From assembly GCA_050084985.1 (NCBI GenBank), contig JBITNC010000001.1, forward strand, positions 26,846,001 to 26,910,000: a stretch of DNA of 64,000 bases. The letters run 5' to 3'. The notes beneath the pieces were generated by a model. It did not search any database. It was not told the DNA's origin and saw only the letters and a list, made by a program, of their open reading frames with translations. The position numbers and the translations under genes are program-made. Shown here one piece after another: positions 52,224-64,000 of this stretch. Source of the DNA: Nageia nagi. Taxonomy: Eukaryota > Plantae > Pinophyta. The number at the start of each line of letters is the position of its first letter. Positions within the stretch are counted from its first letter, which is position 1.

Positions 52224-53269
52224 TGATGGTCAGGCAATCACAATAAATTTGAAGCCTCAGAAATAACAAGTTCAGTAGTTTGGCCACTGTGTTGAGAGTT
52301 GAGGAGTGAAGGTCTGACAGCTTTCTTAACATTAGTGCAGAATTCAAGTCTTCACTCTTCTGTTGAGAAGGGTACTCCATTATGGGATAGGTTTCATTTG
52401 AATGCAGATGATTCTGCTATTGAAGATGATAATGGCAATGTAGAAGGTGCAGTATCACATCTGTATTTTGGTTTATGTGAAGCAGCAGCAGTTAGGAAAG
52501 AAATGGCACCTGAAAGTGATTATGCTATATAAATGGTTCTTAAAGAATAGATTGCAGCTATTTGTAAAGAAATGTCTAAACAACAAAAGAGCATTAATGG
52601 AGAAAGTGACTATTAGATGGATGCTGAAGATGAAGGTAAATACAGCAGAAAATGGAGGATACAACAGGTCTGCACTTTATTTCAGCATGCACTCATTTCT
52701 GCATTTTGATTATACTGTCACATAATGCAAAGGCATGTAGATTCAAAAGATGTTTTGATTAGTCTTCTTCTACCAGCCACCCTAGTATTGATGGAAGGGT
52801 TGGCAAGTACTTCAGAAACAGTTGAAGCTAATCAAGTCAATGAAACGGAATTTCTCTCGAGGCAATTTGTGATGTTTTTGAACAAGTTACAAGAAGTAGG
52901 AGCTTCTGTTAAAGTATGTGAGGAAAATATATAAAGAATATATCAGTTTCTGATTCAATTCAGCACCTGTTTCTTTAACAAGTTTGTAACAGTTGAGAAT
53001 CCCAAACTGCCCAATTTTGAAAAAAAGAGGAAAATTTGAATTTATTGTGAAAGGGATATATGATTTTTATGGGTTTTGTTCATCTGAACACAGCAGGGAG
53101 AAATATAATCAGATAGTCATTGAAGTCCCTGGTAGTTATATCAGTTTTGATCAGACTTTTACTTTCTTTGAATTCCAAACAACAGTTTAAAATGTTGAAA
53201 TTTCAAGGATCAAATGAGCAGAATTATAAGTTGGCTAAAAAATACAGTACAAAACCCAAAGCAGATGGT

Positions 53270-53600
53270 GCAAGTGTTGGGTGCACAATACGCCACCCAT
53301 GGATGCATATCAAAACAGTTACAGATACGGTTGAAGCTTTGGTTGGAGCATACTTAGTGGAAAATGATTCTAAAATAGCCTTGGTTTTACCCAAATGGAT
53401 TGGAATAGATACTGATTTTAATTCTTGTCTTATAAGAGAAGCTTGCATTGCAAATCAGAATTATGTATAACAGATTTCATAGATATTTCTGATTTAAACA
53501 GGTTAGAGGGATACAAGTACAGGCATAAAGATGCGGTTTTGAAGGTATTCATACATCCTTCCTTTAATCAACATAATGAAGTGTGCTACAGCAAATGGGG
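53270..53600 (+). pseudogene. DCL4: Captured intronless Dicer-like fragment (end of RNase IIIa to start of RNase IIIb), most like DCL4
   Basis: C...HPWMHIKTVTDTVEALVGAYLV, KWIGIDTDF...IREACIA, then (frameshift) GYKYRHK...FIHPSFNQH...CY; matches the remembered DCL4 HHWL.KKTIADVVEALVGAF...ACIAS...AFIHPSYNRH...CYQ. Confidence 0.85.
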
Positions 53601-53875
53601 TTTCATAGTAGCTGCATTAGTGGGACTGAACATGATCTGATAAGTTGTAATTGGATTTGCTGCAGCTGCCTATGTGTACCAGTTGTTCAGGAGGAAGAGG
53701 TAAAGCATGCAGTCATTGGGAAAGTATGGGAAGAGCTTTATGGACCAGTGATTGAAGATACAAATAAGGAGGAGGAACTGATAAATAGGAAAGGATTATC
53801 AACAGTAAATGTTTCTTGTGAAGGATAAAAAATCTTTGGTCATCTTGATTCAAATTGTTTGAGGACAAGCAATTC

Positions 53876-53888
53876 AGGAGGGGCGGAC
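53876..53888 (+). promoter_or_regulatory. Polypurine tract of the cargo element
   Basis: AGGAGGGGCGGAC immediately before the TG of the 3' LTR. Confidence 0.8.
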
Positions 53889-53889
53889 T

Positions 53890-54705
53890 TGTAAATTGTA
53901 ATGCCTCAAATTTTGAGAGTCTCACTCATTTTGCATTGCAATGATTTTATTGGGCCATTTGGAACAGGACGTCCCTCATAGAGATAGTTAGAAGTGTTTT
54001 TAGTAATTAGGAGTGTTTTTTAATATTTTAAAATAATAATAGAGCCTTGCTAAATGTATTTGGGTGTAATAATATAATGTGAGATCCGAAGATATGAAAG
54101 TTGGAATCCCAAGGGGAATTATGATACCTAGGAATAGGATGCCCAGTCACACAAGAAAGGACACCCAACTATATGAAGATGGCATATTCCATTGGAGAGA
54201 TCATGTTTGCTTATCATTTGAATTGTTTTTCTATTACTTTTGGGGATGAAACCCTACAAAAGTGGGAACCCTAGAGGATGAACAACCTCTTGGTGTTGAG
54301 ACTTGTTGACTAAACCCTTGAGTCTTCATTGGTGAATTCATCCAGGATTCACAATTGAGCATATTGGATCAAGGATTGGAGACTTTGGTATTCAAATCTA
54401 GGGTTTTGAAACCTTATTGTGGAGCTCAGCCTTGGAGTGGGTATTTTCAGTTTTCAGAGTTTCAGCCAGCTTGAGATCCAGTCAGCCAATTTTGGGGACC
54501 AATTCTGTGTGTTTTCAGATTAGATCTGATCTCTTGAGAGGAGTGCCTAGCTCAAGGAATTTTATTTCTGAGTTTTAAGCGATATTTCATGCATTTTGAT
54601 GGATCTGGAATGCATTGCCACTTTCAAAAAAATTAAATAAATTTTATGTATGGTTGATCTGCAATTTCTTGGCAAATTTCTAGTTTATTTCAGTCATAAG
54701 TTTCA
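53890..54705 (+). repeat. 3' LTR of the cargo element (3' end lost)
   Basis: Aligns with 27327-28115 and runs into hAT transposase sequence without a terminal CA or GAACC TSD. Confidence 0.85.
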
Positions 54706-54732
54706 GATCTATGATGATGCATTTGAGGTAGA

Positions 54733-55923
54733 TGTAACATCCCTTGTTGTACCATATAAAATAATGTAATAACCAAAAGGGAACACTTTAATAATATCCC
54801 TTTGGTATTTATTTTGTAGTTTGTTTTATAATTATTTTGTATTAACTTAGGATAGGAATTAATTGGTCCCTGGACCCCATTGTGAGCCCCTAGCAAGACA
54901 TTTCCCTCCCAAGTGTAGATTAGGAAATAATAATGTACTTGGAGATCCCAGACTTGATTGTGGGAATCCCAAGGTCTCATGTTTATTAATTAGCCAGGAT
55001 AATGTATTGTATGCTTGCGCCAGCTATGTGGAGCTTCCTACACCCCACGTTAGCAAACCCAAACTCCTAGGCCCCCACGCATGACTCCTAGACCCACTTG
55101 GGCATGCGTGGCACCCTTAGACCTTGTGTTGGCATTTATGGAACCCAGGAATCCCACGTTGGCATGCCTGACACCTAGGCACCCACGTTGGGCATCCCGG
55201 GCCCTTTGAAGGCTAACGTTGGGGCCTTAGAGCCTAGTGATGATTCCGAGGTGGAATCCAGGTCTTGGTGAGAATATAAAGAGACATGGAGGTTCATTTG
55301 CTAGACAACTTGATTACTATTACCTTACTCTTACATATCGTCCGATGGACAAAGACCTTAGTAGAGCACTAAGTGAATTTCTTTGGTGGAGCACCTAGGA
55401 GGGTTACCAAGCGGAGGGAATTTGGTAGTCTACGACAATTGGTGGAGCATTGTTGCCCATCCGGTGGATCCGAGCTGGAGTCTCTACCACGTGAGTGGTT
55501 ATCTAGATCTGAGGAGGGACCCTTCGATGGGGAGGAGTCAGATTGTGAGGAGGCACTGCTGGCCCTAGGTTCGTCTAGCATTATCAGGAGAGTCATTCGG
55601 CACGATTCAGCTCCCAGGAGGTTGACTTCAGGCCCGTTGGGCATATTTTGTATTGTACATCATTGATTATCATAATACAAGCTGTGGGCTCATTTGGATC
55701 TCAACGTTGTGTCTGTGTTGCCTATTTTGTGCATGCGTTGAGCATTGTTGTGTTGTGTTGTGTTGTGTTTGTGACCCATCATTAGCATTGTGGGTTGTGT
55801 ACCTGCTTGTGAAAGCCCAACATTGGCAATCTAGGGTTTGAGTTGTTAAATGTGGATGCCCTAGTTTATTGGTTTTGAAAGTAATTGTTCACATTTGTTG
55901 AGGATCTCATTTGGGATATTACA
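54733..55923 (+). mobile_element. Solo LTR (~1.2 kb family, copy 4)
   Basis: TGTAACATCCC...GGGATATTACA (10/11 inverted), perfect TSD GTAGA; removal rejoins hAT YDDAFEVDEEVL. Confidence 0.93.
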
Positions 55924-56570
55924 GTAGATGAGGAGGTTTTGATGAGCCTTCACATGTGCATTGAGCATATGGTTGCTGATGAATCTATGAAAAATTTTCT
56001 CATGGATAAGCTACAAGTTAATTGTTGATGAATTTATGAAAGATGTTCTCATGGATAAGCTACTAGTTAATAAGAGTGCAAAAGGCTACCTCATCTCTTC
56101 TTTGCAATGCATTCATGCGAGGAGAACTCAACGTTTGGGTAAAAGACGTTTGTTAATAATTTATTTTAATGAATTGTTGACTTATTACAAAAAAAACTGA
56201 ATTTAGTTTTTTTCTTACTTCATTTCCTTTATTTTTTTGGATTTATGGTGCTAAGATGCCATCTTTAGAAGCTTGAAATTCAAAATTTGTGCTAAATATG
56301 TAGAGCTTGTGGATGTGAGCTAAATTGGAGCGCATTTGAGTATATCCACTCAAAGAAACGAAATAAGCTCATTGAGTAGTGCTCAAATGACTTGGTGTTT
56401 GTGCACTACAACCTTTACCTTTGCCACTAGCAAGTGCTTGGAACTAGTCATAAGGCAATAAAATTATATGCCATTGATCCACAATCCGATTGGATAGAGG
56501 ATTAGCCAAAGGAGGAGGATCCTCTTCTCAATGACGACTTTGATGACTTGGAACAAGAGATTATTTGATG
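55924..56570 (+). pseudogene. hAT transposase C-terminus including dimerisation domain, degraded
   Basis: EEVL..L..CIE.MV.D, then GCELNWSAFEYIHSKKRNKL...NDLVFVHYNL; 49-bp tandem duplication at 55973-56071. Confidence 0.9.
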
Positions 56571-58889
56571 GCGGAGGAAGAGGCTTGGGAAACAAAAACA
56601 TTGCAAGCACGAGAGGCATAACAAACAACCAAAAGTAGAACTATAGAAGATAAAGGCAACGGCCTAAGGAAAAGTGTCAATGATAGGCTTATTTTGTTTT
56701 GACTAATTGATATTGGAAACTTTATGTTTTGTAATGTATTTTGGTTAAAATTAATATAAAATATTGAAATTTATCATCTATTTTGATGTTGAATGCACTT
56801 TATATTGGGATAGTGATGGTAATTTGGCATGTTATGAATTATTTTTTTTTGAAATGAGTAAAAAATATTTTTTCCATTTGAAAATTTATATATTCTTCGT
56901 TTTTTTGTGGAATTTTTGTCACATTTTTGTTGAATCCAAGATTTTCTTGAGTCAAATGGCCTGTCAAGTCTTTGGCAAGTCCGCGTTTGACTACCATGCC
57001 CTATTCTAACCTTCCTTGGCAAGCTAATGTTCAACCGATGTTGATCAGCGTTTTCTTGCTACCTCTTCAATCTGTGCCTACTTTCTTATGCTGAAAATTC
57101 TTCTTATAGCCATCCAACCCTTTCTTGCCGTTTTGCACTTACTAATATTTTTTCTTAGGCATCTTAGGACTTCTCTTTATGCCAATTTTCTTTGGCTTGA
57201 TGGGATGTAATGATTAATCTACTTTGTCTTCTTTCCGACAAAACATCCAACTAAGATGCCGTCACCTCTGTCCTGTATGTGCAAATTTCTCTCTTTTTTG
57301 GCACATTCATGGATCATGTCCGGTTTTTTTGAATTGATTGGTGTATGTTATCATTTTTACTTGGTTTGTTATCCATGTTACAACTTAAAGTGTTTTACAG
57401 AGATAATTTCTGTTCATCATCCTGTGTTTACAAAGGTGATACTTCTGTGAATCTGTGCACATGAAGGCTGCGAAAGGTAAAGTTGTAACTTTTTTTTTTC
57501 TTTCAGAAAATTGCTTTAATTCACCTCCTCATTTACATAAGAAATGAGAAATCCTTTAACTACACACAGGGAAAGTTATATAATGACTAATAGTTTATTA
57601 ATAAAAAGAAGATCCTTATAAGTTGTTTCCATGTTGACCATTATCATTTTCAATGCTTTTGAAAACGTTTCATTCTATGAACATATATCTAAGTAATAAA
57701 ACCTTACTATAATTCTCCCGCATTCTTATCTCATAGTTGAGTTCTCTTTGACATGCCCTCATTTGGGTAGATAATTGGCTCCCAAATTTGGCTTTCAACT
57801 TTTATTTTATTTCAATACTGCAAACATAAGATGCATTATATATTTGCAATTTTATGCAGACATCTTTCTGTGACTAGTTTTTAGATAGTTGGATTTCAAA
57901 TTGAGCATAGTAGTTAGAGCTGCTAATGTTGTTTCTTCCTTGCATTATATTTTAATTGAATTTCTTGCTTCTGCCATTTATGAGGAAAATTGATTTAACC
58001 TTGGCAAGGAGATATCCCATGACCTAAATCATTCATGATGTTGATGAACTAACATGCAATGAGCGCTCCTAATGCTAAAAGTAAATGTTTTCATACTCAA
58101 TATGTTCTCATTCATTTTATTGCAGCATAATGGGCTACTCATGGACATCACATGGCTTTGGCCGTCATCTTTTAGCAACCTAGATTCAATTAATGAATTA
58201 AATGGACTAACTTGAAAACAAAGTCCTTTAATAAATATTCCTAGGTTGTTTTATTATAAAGGGGTTTTAAAGTATATAATGATGTTACCAATTATTGAAA
58301 GATAGACAAGTGTTCTTTGAGATCGTATATTCTAGAAAATAGATATATTATTATGTAGAGTCATTGTTCTAGTTGTAATTTAGAATGCAGTCCCAAAATC
58401 AGATAACTAGGACAATTCTGCACATTTAGCTAAATCGCAATGAGAAGAGAGGTTAATGATTTGAATCTTGAAATCATTAATAAAGTTTGGGATAGTTTAT
58501 GATACTTTGCTTGTATCTGCTGAGTGCACAGAGGGATACTGATACAGGGTGTTTGAATTTTCATAGTGGTTGGCTTACTAAAGCAAAAACCTTTTTTTTC
58601 CCTTTCAGGTTTAACTGTTTCTGAATCTTGGAATGTTGCCTATTACAATAATTTAATGTAAAAAATCAAGTACATCTTAAATTGTTATTAACATTTTGCA
58701 TTTAGTTGAACCTTAGAGATTATTCTGGAGATAAATACTAAGAGATGCAAGTATAACATGGTGGAAATGCTCACTATGATAGAAACTAGTAAACGCACTT
58801 TGAGGAAGGAGATCTGGATGGTGTATACAAGAACAAAACATATATGAACTTGATTGGTATCTTGATTTTTTTTTCATTCTAATTTACAG

Positions 58890-59000
58890 AGATGAGGATG
58901 CCTTGTTAAACTCTCAGTGCCCCCAGAATGTGGAATTGAGGTGGCAGGCAGAAGTAAGCTCAAGCATATATGCAACACCCTTGATTGCTGATATTAACAG
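58890..59000 (+). CDS. DEX1: DEX1 coding exon 2
   Basis: [36 protein letters not shown]; AG/GT boundaries, phase 2-2. Confidence 0.95.
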
Positions 59001-59518
59001 GTGCTCAAAAATTTTATCATTGGTGTTTTGATCGTAATATAATGTCTCAATATTTCACTTATTTATTTTTTCTATTATTTTTATGGAGATGCTAATGGAT
59101 TCTCGACAACATGCCACATCATTTATGTTGAACCAGATTTGCAGTGGTGGCTAGGAATTCACTTCATTTCATCAAATTTTATCTTAGTCAAAAGACCTTT
59201 GCTCATTCTCTTTGTTCTTTGCTTCGACATCTCTCTCCTATTGTGGTTACCTATTGGCTTGAACATATTTTCCTCTCTTTTTCAGTTAAATAATTGGCAT
59301 CTTTCTCCTCTCATTGGGATGGATGTGAAATTTCGATGTTGTCATATGATATACTGAATAGTATGTGATTACCAAACATTAAAGTTGCTTTTCTAATTTT
59401 CTGGATATTGGGGGCTTTATGTAGGTGATAGTTATTCAAAATAATAAGCTTATAAAATGACAAATCTTAAGTCCATTCTGAACTCTATTGATGTTCAAAA
59501 TTTCATTGAATTTTGCAG

Positions 59519-59601
59519 TGATGGTAAATTAGACATAGTGGTTCCTTCATTTGTACATTACTTGGAAGTGCTAGAAGGTTCAGATGGAGATAAAATGCCA
59601 G
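59519..59601 (+). CDS. DEX1: DEX1 coding exon 3
   Basis: [28 protein letters not shown]; TGCAG/GTATG, phase 2-1. Confidence 0.96.
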
Positions 59602-59799
59602 GTATGCACCTTTGTTTCTTGTTTACGTTTTCAACTTACCTGCACTATGAGTTTGTGTTTTAGCTTTAGTACTGTTAAATGTCCTGATGGTGTTCTAAGA
59701 TCGAGAATTGTCATAATTTTTTATTGTAAGAGGTATCTTCGTTTTCAATTTGAATGATAGCACGAAATATTATGTTATACTGTTTTCTGTATCTCGCAG

Positions 59800-59917
59800 G
59801 TTGGCCAGCATTCCATCAATCAACTGTCCATTCCAGCCCGCTTCTCTACGACATTGATAAAGATGGAGTCAGAGAGATAGCATTAGCAACATACAATGGA
59901 GCAGTACTTTTTTTCAG
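59800..59917 (+). CDS. DEX1: DEX1 coding exon 4
   Basis: [39 protein letters not shown]; CGCAG/GTAG, phase 1-2. Confidence 0.96.
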
Positions 59918-60037
59918 GTAGTCAAAAGGTTGCTTCTCTCAGGCTTTAGAGTAGTTTGCTGGCAAGTTTGCCTGCTGTTCAAGCTGGAGAGTTGCATATA
60001 TGAAAATTACTTTTATTGTTTTCTTGGACATGAAAAG

Positions 60038-60201
60038 GGTTTCAGGATACTTAATGCAAGAAAAATTGGAGGTTCCCCGATTACGAATTCGCAAGGATTG
60101 GTATGTTGGTCTAGAAAAGGATCATGTAAAAGATCGTTCTCACCCTGATGTGCATGATGATGTTCTAATCCAGGAGGCTATTGAGCAGGAAGCTTTATCC
60201 C
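60038..60201 (+). CDS. DEX1: DEX1 coding exon 5
   Basis: [26 protein letters not shown]...[16 protein letters not shown]; AAG acceptor, GTAAGT donor, phase 2-1. Confidence 0.93.
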
Positions 60202-63200
60202 GTAAGTGATGGATTGGAATACCTTTTTTTCATAGCACAGTGTAGTTAAATCTTTTGATATAACTTGTCAATGATACTTTTTTCAAAGCTGAATCTAGGA
60301 TGAATCTTTTGAAAATTATTTAGTACAAGCAAGGCATTGCATATTGATTATGTTTTTTCTTTTAAAAGTAATACACTAAGTCATATGTTGGTTAGCACAT
60401 TAATTTTTTCTTTCTGTTGATTTTATGCGTTGTTAACAAATTGCAATCTAGTGGCTTCTGTCTTGTAATAATCAACAATTGTTGTTCCCATTGTGATTTG
60501 TTGTGGCAACCTCAAAAGCCACCATTGAAGGGGGGTATTAGGCAGTGATGGGTGACTACTATTAAGTTGGTGAGTTTTGTTACTTTATTACTATTACTTA
60601 AGGTAACTTAGGAAAAGGTTGCCTTAGATACTTACCATTAGAATATGTTAAAAGGTTGCATGTATTTATTAAATGTTAAACATTTGTGAAATGACATCTT
60701 ATATGGCTGACCCCTATATTTAGGGTTTGAATATGTATTTATATATCTTACCCACTTCTTTTTTCTGACATTCATTAATGGAGAGAATCTTGTTCTCTTA
60801 CAATAAACAATTAGGCATACAAACGTACTAAAATGAATAAAATTAAATATCCATTACCATGAACAAGTATAAACAACACTTACATAATTTCTTAGGATAT
60901 ATTCAAGGTTTTGAACTTGATATAAAGATTCTCTTTCATATGCTTCAAAATATGGCTGTCACAACATAACACCATGAGAGATCAACCTTAAATCTCTTGC
61001 AAACTTGGGTTGGGATAAAACTTAGTGGCAACGTCTTTTGATTCAACTCATGTTTATACAAAAATATTCAATTACCCTAAGTACATGCATTAAATGAAAC
61101 TACTTTTGACTTATCACTTTTGTGTAAATCTTACTCAACCATAATATCCAATAAAATTTTAAATATCTTTTGCTGCCTTCCAAAAGAGAATATCTCTTCA
61201 GTGTGCCTTGAAAGCTTGTATTCCATTTTATTTTCCTTTACCTGTATCCGTGGACGAAGGGATTCTTCCCCATACCCTCATCTCCTCTTATTCCTAATGT
61301 ATCAAAATGGGAAATTCCTGGAACAAGAAGTTTGATGCAAACTATAAGCAAGGTCTTTCCATGTAAAGATTCAGTAATGTAAAATGAGCGAAAGGTTATT
61401 TATTGCACTAGCATTTGGACAGAAGGATAGGGAGGAATAATTTAGGAAACAGATCCTCTCAAAAACTATCTATAATGCCACAGTGAGTTCCAAGTTCTTA
61501 ACTTGCTGTTCATAGGAAAACAACTAGAGAAACTATTGAACAAAGATATCCGCTTCTGTGTGTAGAAAATTCACAGAATCTTGAATGGCTTTCTTTTTTC
61601 GTTGAATGCATTATGAAAATATAGAGATATCTGTTCACTTTGGAACAATACACTGCAACTTCAAATCACAGAAATTGCTATATTTGTCTCATTTGTTTCT
61701 TTATTTCTATTCCTGCACCATCGGAAAAAGATGTTTGCAGATGATTTTATTTTCATTCTTCTTTATCTACTTTGTCCATGAGCGGAAGTCAAAACTGTTT
61801 TGGCTGGTTACAAGATATTTATCTTTCATTTTGATGTAATGACAAATCAAGGCTTTTTTGCATCATATCTATGGGTAGATCCAGCTTTTCATTCACAAGA
61901 TTTAGAACAAGAAATGCGATGTTTGATGGCAGCTGGAAGATAAATTTAGTTATTATCTCTTCTTTCTTTCAGAAAATCCTTTTGCACATCCATATCATGG
62001 CCATTAAAATTAGTTTGTGATTTGTAAAGGGATTCTAATGAATTACCTCTTCCTTATAGACAGAGTTGACTAATATCTTTGTACGTGACATGAAGTGTGC
62101 CACAGTTTTAAACATTTTTGTTTTTTCTTAAGAACTCTTGTAAACTAAGTGATGCTACTAGACAAGTGAAAACAGGAAAATCTAAATGTTTGGACAGATG
62201 CACGACATGTAGAATTATTGTTCAGAAAATATATGCATAGTTTCAAAGAGGAAAAAAAAGTGAGGGCAAGGTAAAATTGCTACTATAAAAAATGTCACAC
62301 TAGTTTTATGACTCGGCAAAAAGTGGAATTTTAATCAGCATATCACAAGTCCTTCAGTGTCTTGTTTCCTGGCTGAAAATTGATTGAAAATATCTTTCTT
62401 TCAGTTTTTTGGTCTGTGGCAAATAATTGACTCTAAGCAACACTGGCATGCTAAGTGCTAGAGGCCTGCAGTCACCATCAACAGCCAACACAATATGTAC
62501 TGATGCTCATGAGTTGAGTGGGCCTGGCTGGACTATCGTGGGAGAGTATGCAGAGCAGTCTCTAAAAAATCTCCTAACTGCCAAGGCTGGTGAAACTGTA
62601 GAAGAAGGTCAGAAGCTGGAGATGCAAGTCTGATGGGACTGCCTGATCTATGGACAGGGGTAAGATGGCCCATGATGTCATGTTAAAATCATAACCAATC
62701 ATTATAAAAGAAAATTGAGTGCCTCAATGCAAAACAAAATTCGGTAACTGTGATAAACAACAAAGTTCAAACTGATTAAGTTTCATTTGATTCTGAAATG
62801 CTGAATCTTGTTCAATCTATTAATGACAAGACAATTCAAACTGAATAGAAAATATAAAATAGCATTAGTGAGAAGCCAATAACATATTCATAAACACATC
62901 TTGTGCTCCAGCTTCCTGACTCCTGGCCAGATGTTTAGTAAATTATTAACTAAGTTTTGATGTTAGTGTAGTTGTTCCTAAAATACGTTTTTGAAAACAT
63001 TATTCAACACATTCATTGCAGAAAATTCAGTTTGCAGGAAGATTATATCAACTCTATATGGTTTTCAGATTGTAATAAAGGCGGGGGTTCTTTAGCAGGA
63101 GAGGTTCTTTAGAGTTCTACCCTGGTCATTGTGCATGATAAGGTTCTTGAAAATTCTTGAATTACAAACCACAGGAATTTGAATTCATCTTCTTAGCATG

Positions 63201-63524
63201 TTTAAAACTTTAACTTTCTCAGAAATTTCTTCTTATGTTGCATAAATAGAAATTCTTTATCTAGTGATAAGAATGTCACAAATACATCTGTAATTGATAC
63301 TTTGGCCTTCTTGTGATACTAGACATGTCATAGTTTAGATTAGTTTTGTCAGCATATAAGAAAATTCGTCCTGTGAAAAGTAGAAATGATAGTGGCTGAG
63401 TATCATCTCATATTTTTAATGTGACTATCTAAATATGATTTGAAATTTGAACATTTTTCTCTATATGTTTGTCAGGCATCAATTTTATGGTCCTCATTGA
63501 GAATGATTGAAATTCTGCATGCAG

Positions 63525-64000
63525 GCAAACATGAAACTGTCCAAGAGTCGAACTCTAATCAGTCTGTCTCTTCATATAAAGAAGTTGAGAATAAACCTTT
63601 TGTGAATTCATCAGACCCACAATCATTATCCCAGGCTTCTCAAAATGGAAGCCTTGAATTTCATTTTGAGCACAGTGCCCAAAGTGGAGTTGTAGAAAAT
63701 CGTTCTAATCATTTGTCCACTGAAGTAATGAATGGAACCAAAACAAATGTCAGTACAGCTGAACGTATTGGTGATGACGAAGCATCCATGCACAGTGCCC
63801 TGAGTATGGAAGGGCTGACAAATGTGACAACCACAGAAAAGTCAGCAGGTTCTAAAAGGAGGCTTTTAACAGAATCTGAATCAGAAAATTTGGAGAAAAC
63901 TGACAGTGAAAATGCTGCAACTGTTGAAAATGACCAGGACCTGGAAGAAGATGCAGATTCCTCTTTTGATTTGTTTCGAGAAGGAGATGATGCCTTGGCT
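63525..64000 (+). CDS. DEX1: DEX1 coding exon 6 (runs off the window)
   Basis: TGCAG acceptor and an open frame of 158 codons ending KRRLL...ATVENDQDLEEDADSSFDLFREGDDALA, matching DEX1 RRLL...ATVEND..LE.DADSSF. Confidence 0.92.

Larger units (their letters stand above)
27310..54705 (+). mobile_element. Non-autonomous Gypsy-like LTR retroelement carrying captured host cDNA fragments
   Basis: 5' LTR 27310-28136 and 3' LTR 53890-~54705 are roughly 85-90% identical by eye. Met-type PBS and PPT present; no RT/RH/integrase core. The 3' terminus and right TSD appear lost to a small deletion. Confidence 0.85.
23450..56998 (+). mobile_element. Decayed hAT DNA transposon forming the outer shell of the nest (ends approximate)
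   Basis: Transposase pieces are collinear across the insertions. Imperfect ends TAGAGTGTAGCAGGACTTGG versus reverse complement CATGGTAGTCAAACGCGGACTTGC; CCCTAT occurs at both junctions (degenerate TSD). Confidence 0.75.
22769..58889 (+). other. 36,121-bp GT-AG intron of DEX1
   Basis: GTAAG...TTTACAG. Joining TT + A gives in-frame ...[15 protein letters not shown] with no DEX1 sequence missing. Confidence 0.85.

Noticed and set aside
60520-60830. PPT-like TTGAAGGGGGG followed by a possible LTR remnant
   Set aside because: No clear termini, TSD or partner LTR, so not listed as a feature.
62427-62633. ORF as an extra DEX1 exon
   Set aside because: No DEX1 resemblance, and exons 5 and 6 already join in phase.
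63468-63524. Alternative acceptor TTTGTCAG for DEX1 exon 6
   Set aside because: Use in the required phase meets TGA at ~63508.

Overview
Plant nuclear DNA. The style of the gene and repeats suggests a large-genome gymnosperm, but that is inference. The only intact host gene is a + strand DEX1 (DEFECTIVE IN EXINE FORMATION 1) homolog. Its ATG is at 22614, six coding exons lie in the window with consistent splice phases, and the gene runs off the right edge. Its first coding intron is 36.1 kb (22769-58889), and about 33.5 kb of that is a four-level transposon nest. The outer layer is a decayed hAT element (~23450-56998). It holds a non-autonomous Met-PBS Gypsy-like LTR element (27310-~54705) whose interior is a chain of intronless host mRNA fragments: tRNA ligase, ISE2 helicase, aminopeptidase M1, DCL4, and several unassigned pieces. 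The nest also carries three copies of a large TG...CA unit with 5-bp TSDs and no gag/pol. All three carry an array of ~50-bp palindromes, and two keep a long accessory ORF. A very young gag-only Tat/Ogre-like LTR element (44112-48895) has two tRNA-Arg-type PBS motifs and a tRNA-3'-end-like sequence where the PPT should be. Solo LTRs and an hAT MITE complete the nest. Positions 1-20 kb are heavily decayed, AT-rich retroelement debris. All protein and tRNA identifications are from remembered family motifs, not database searches.
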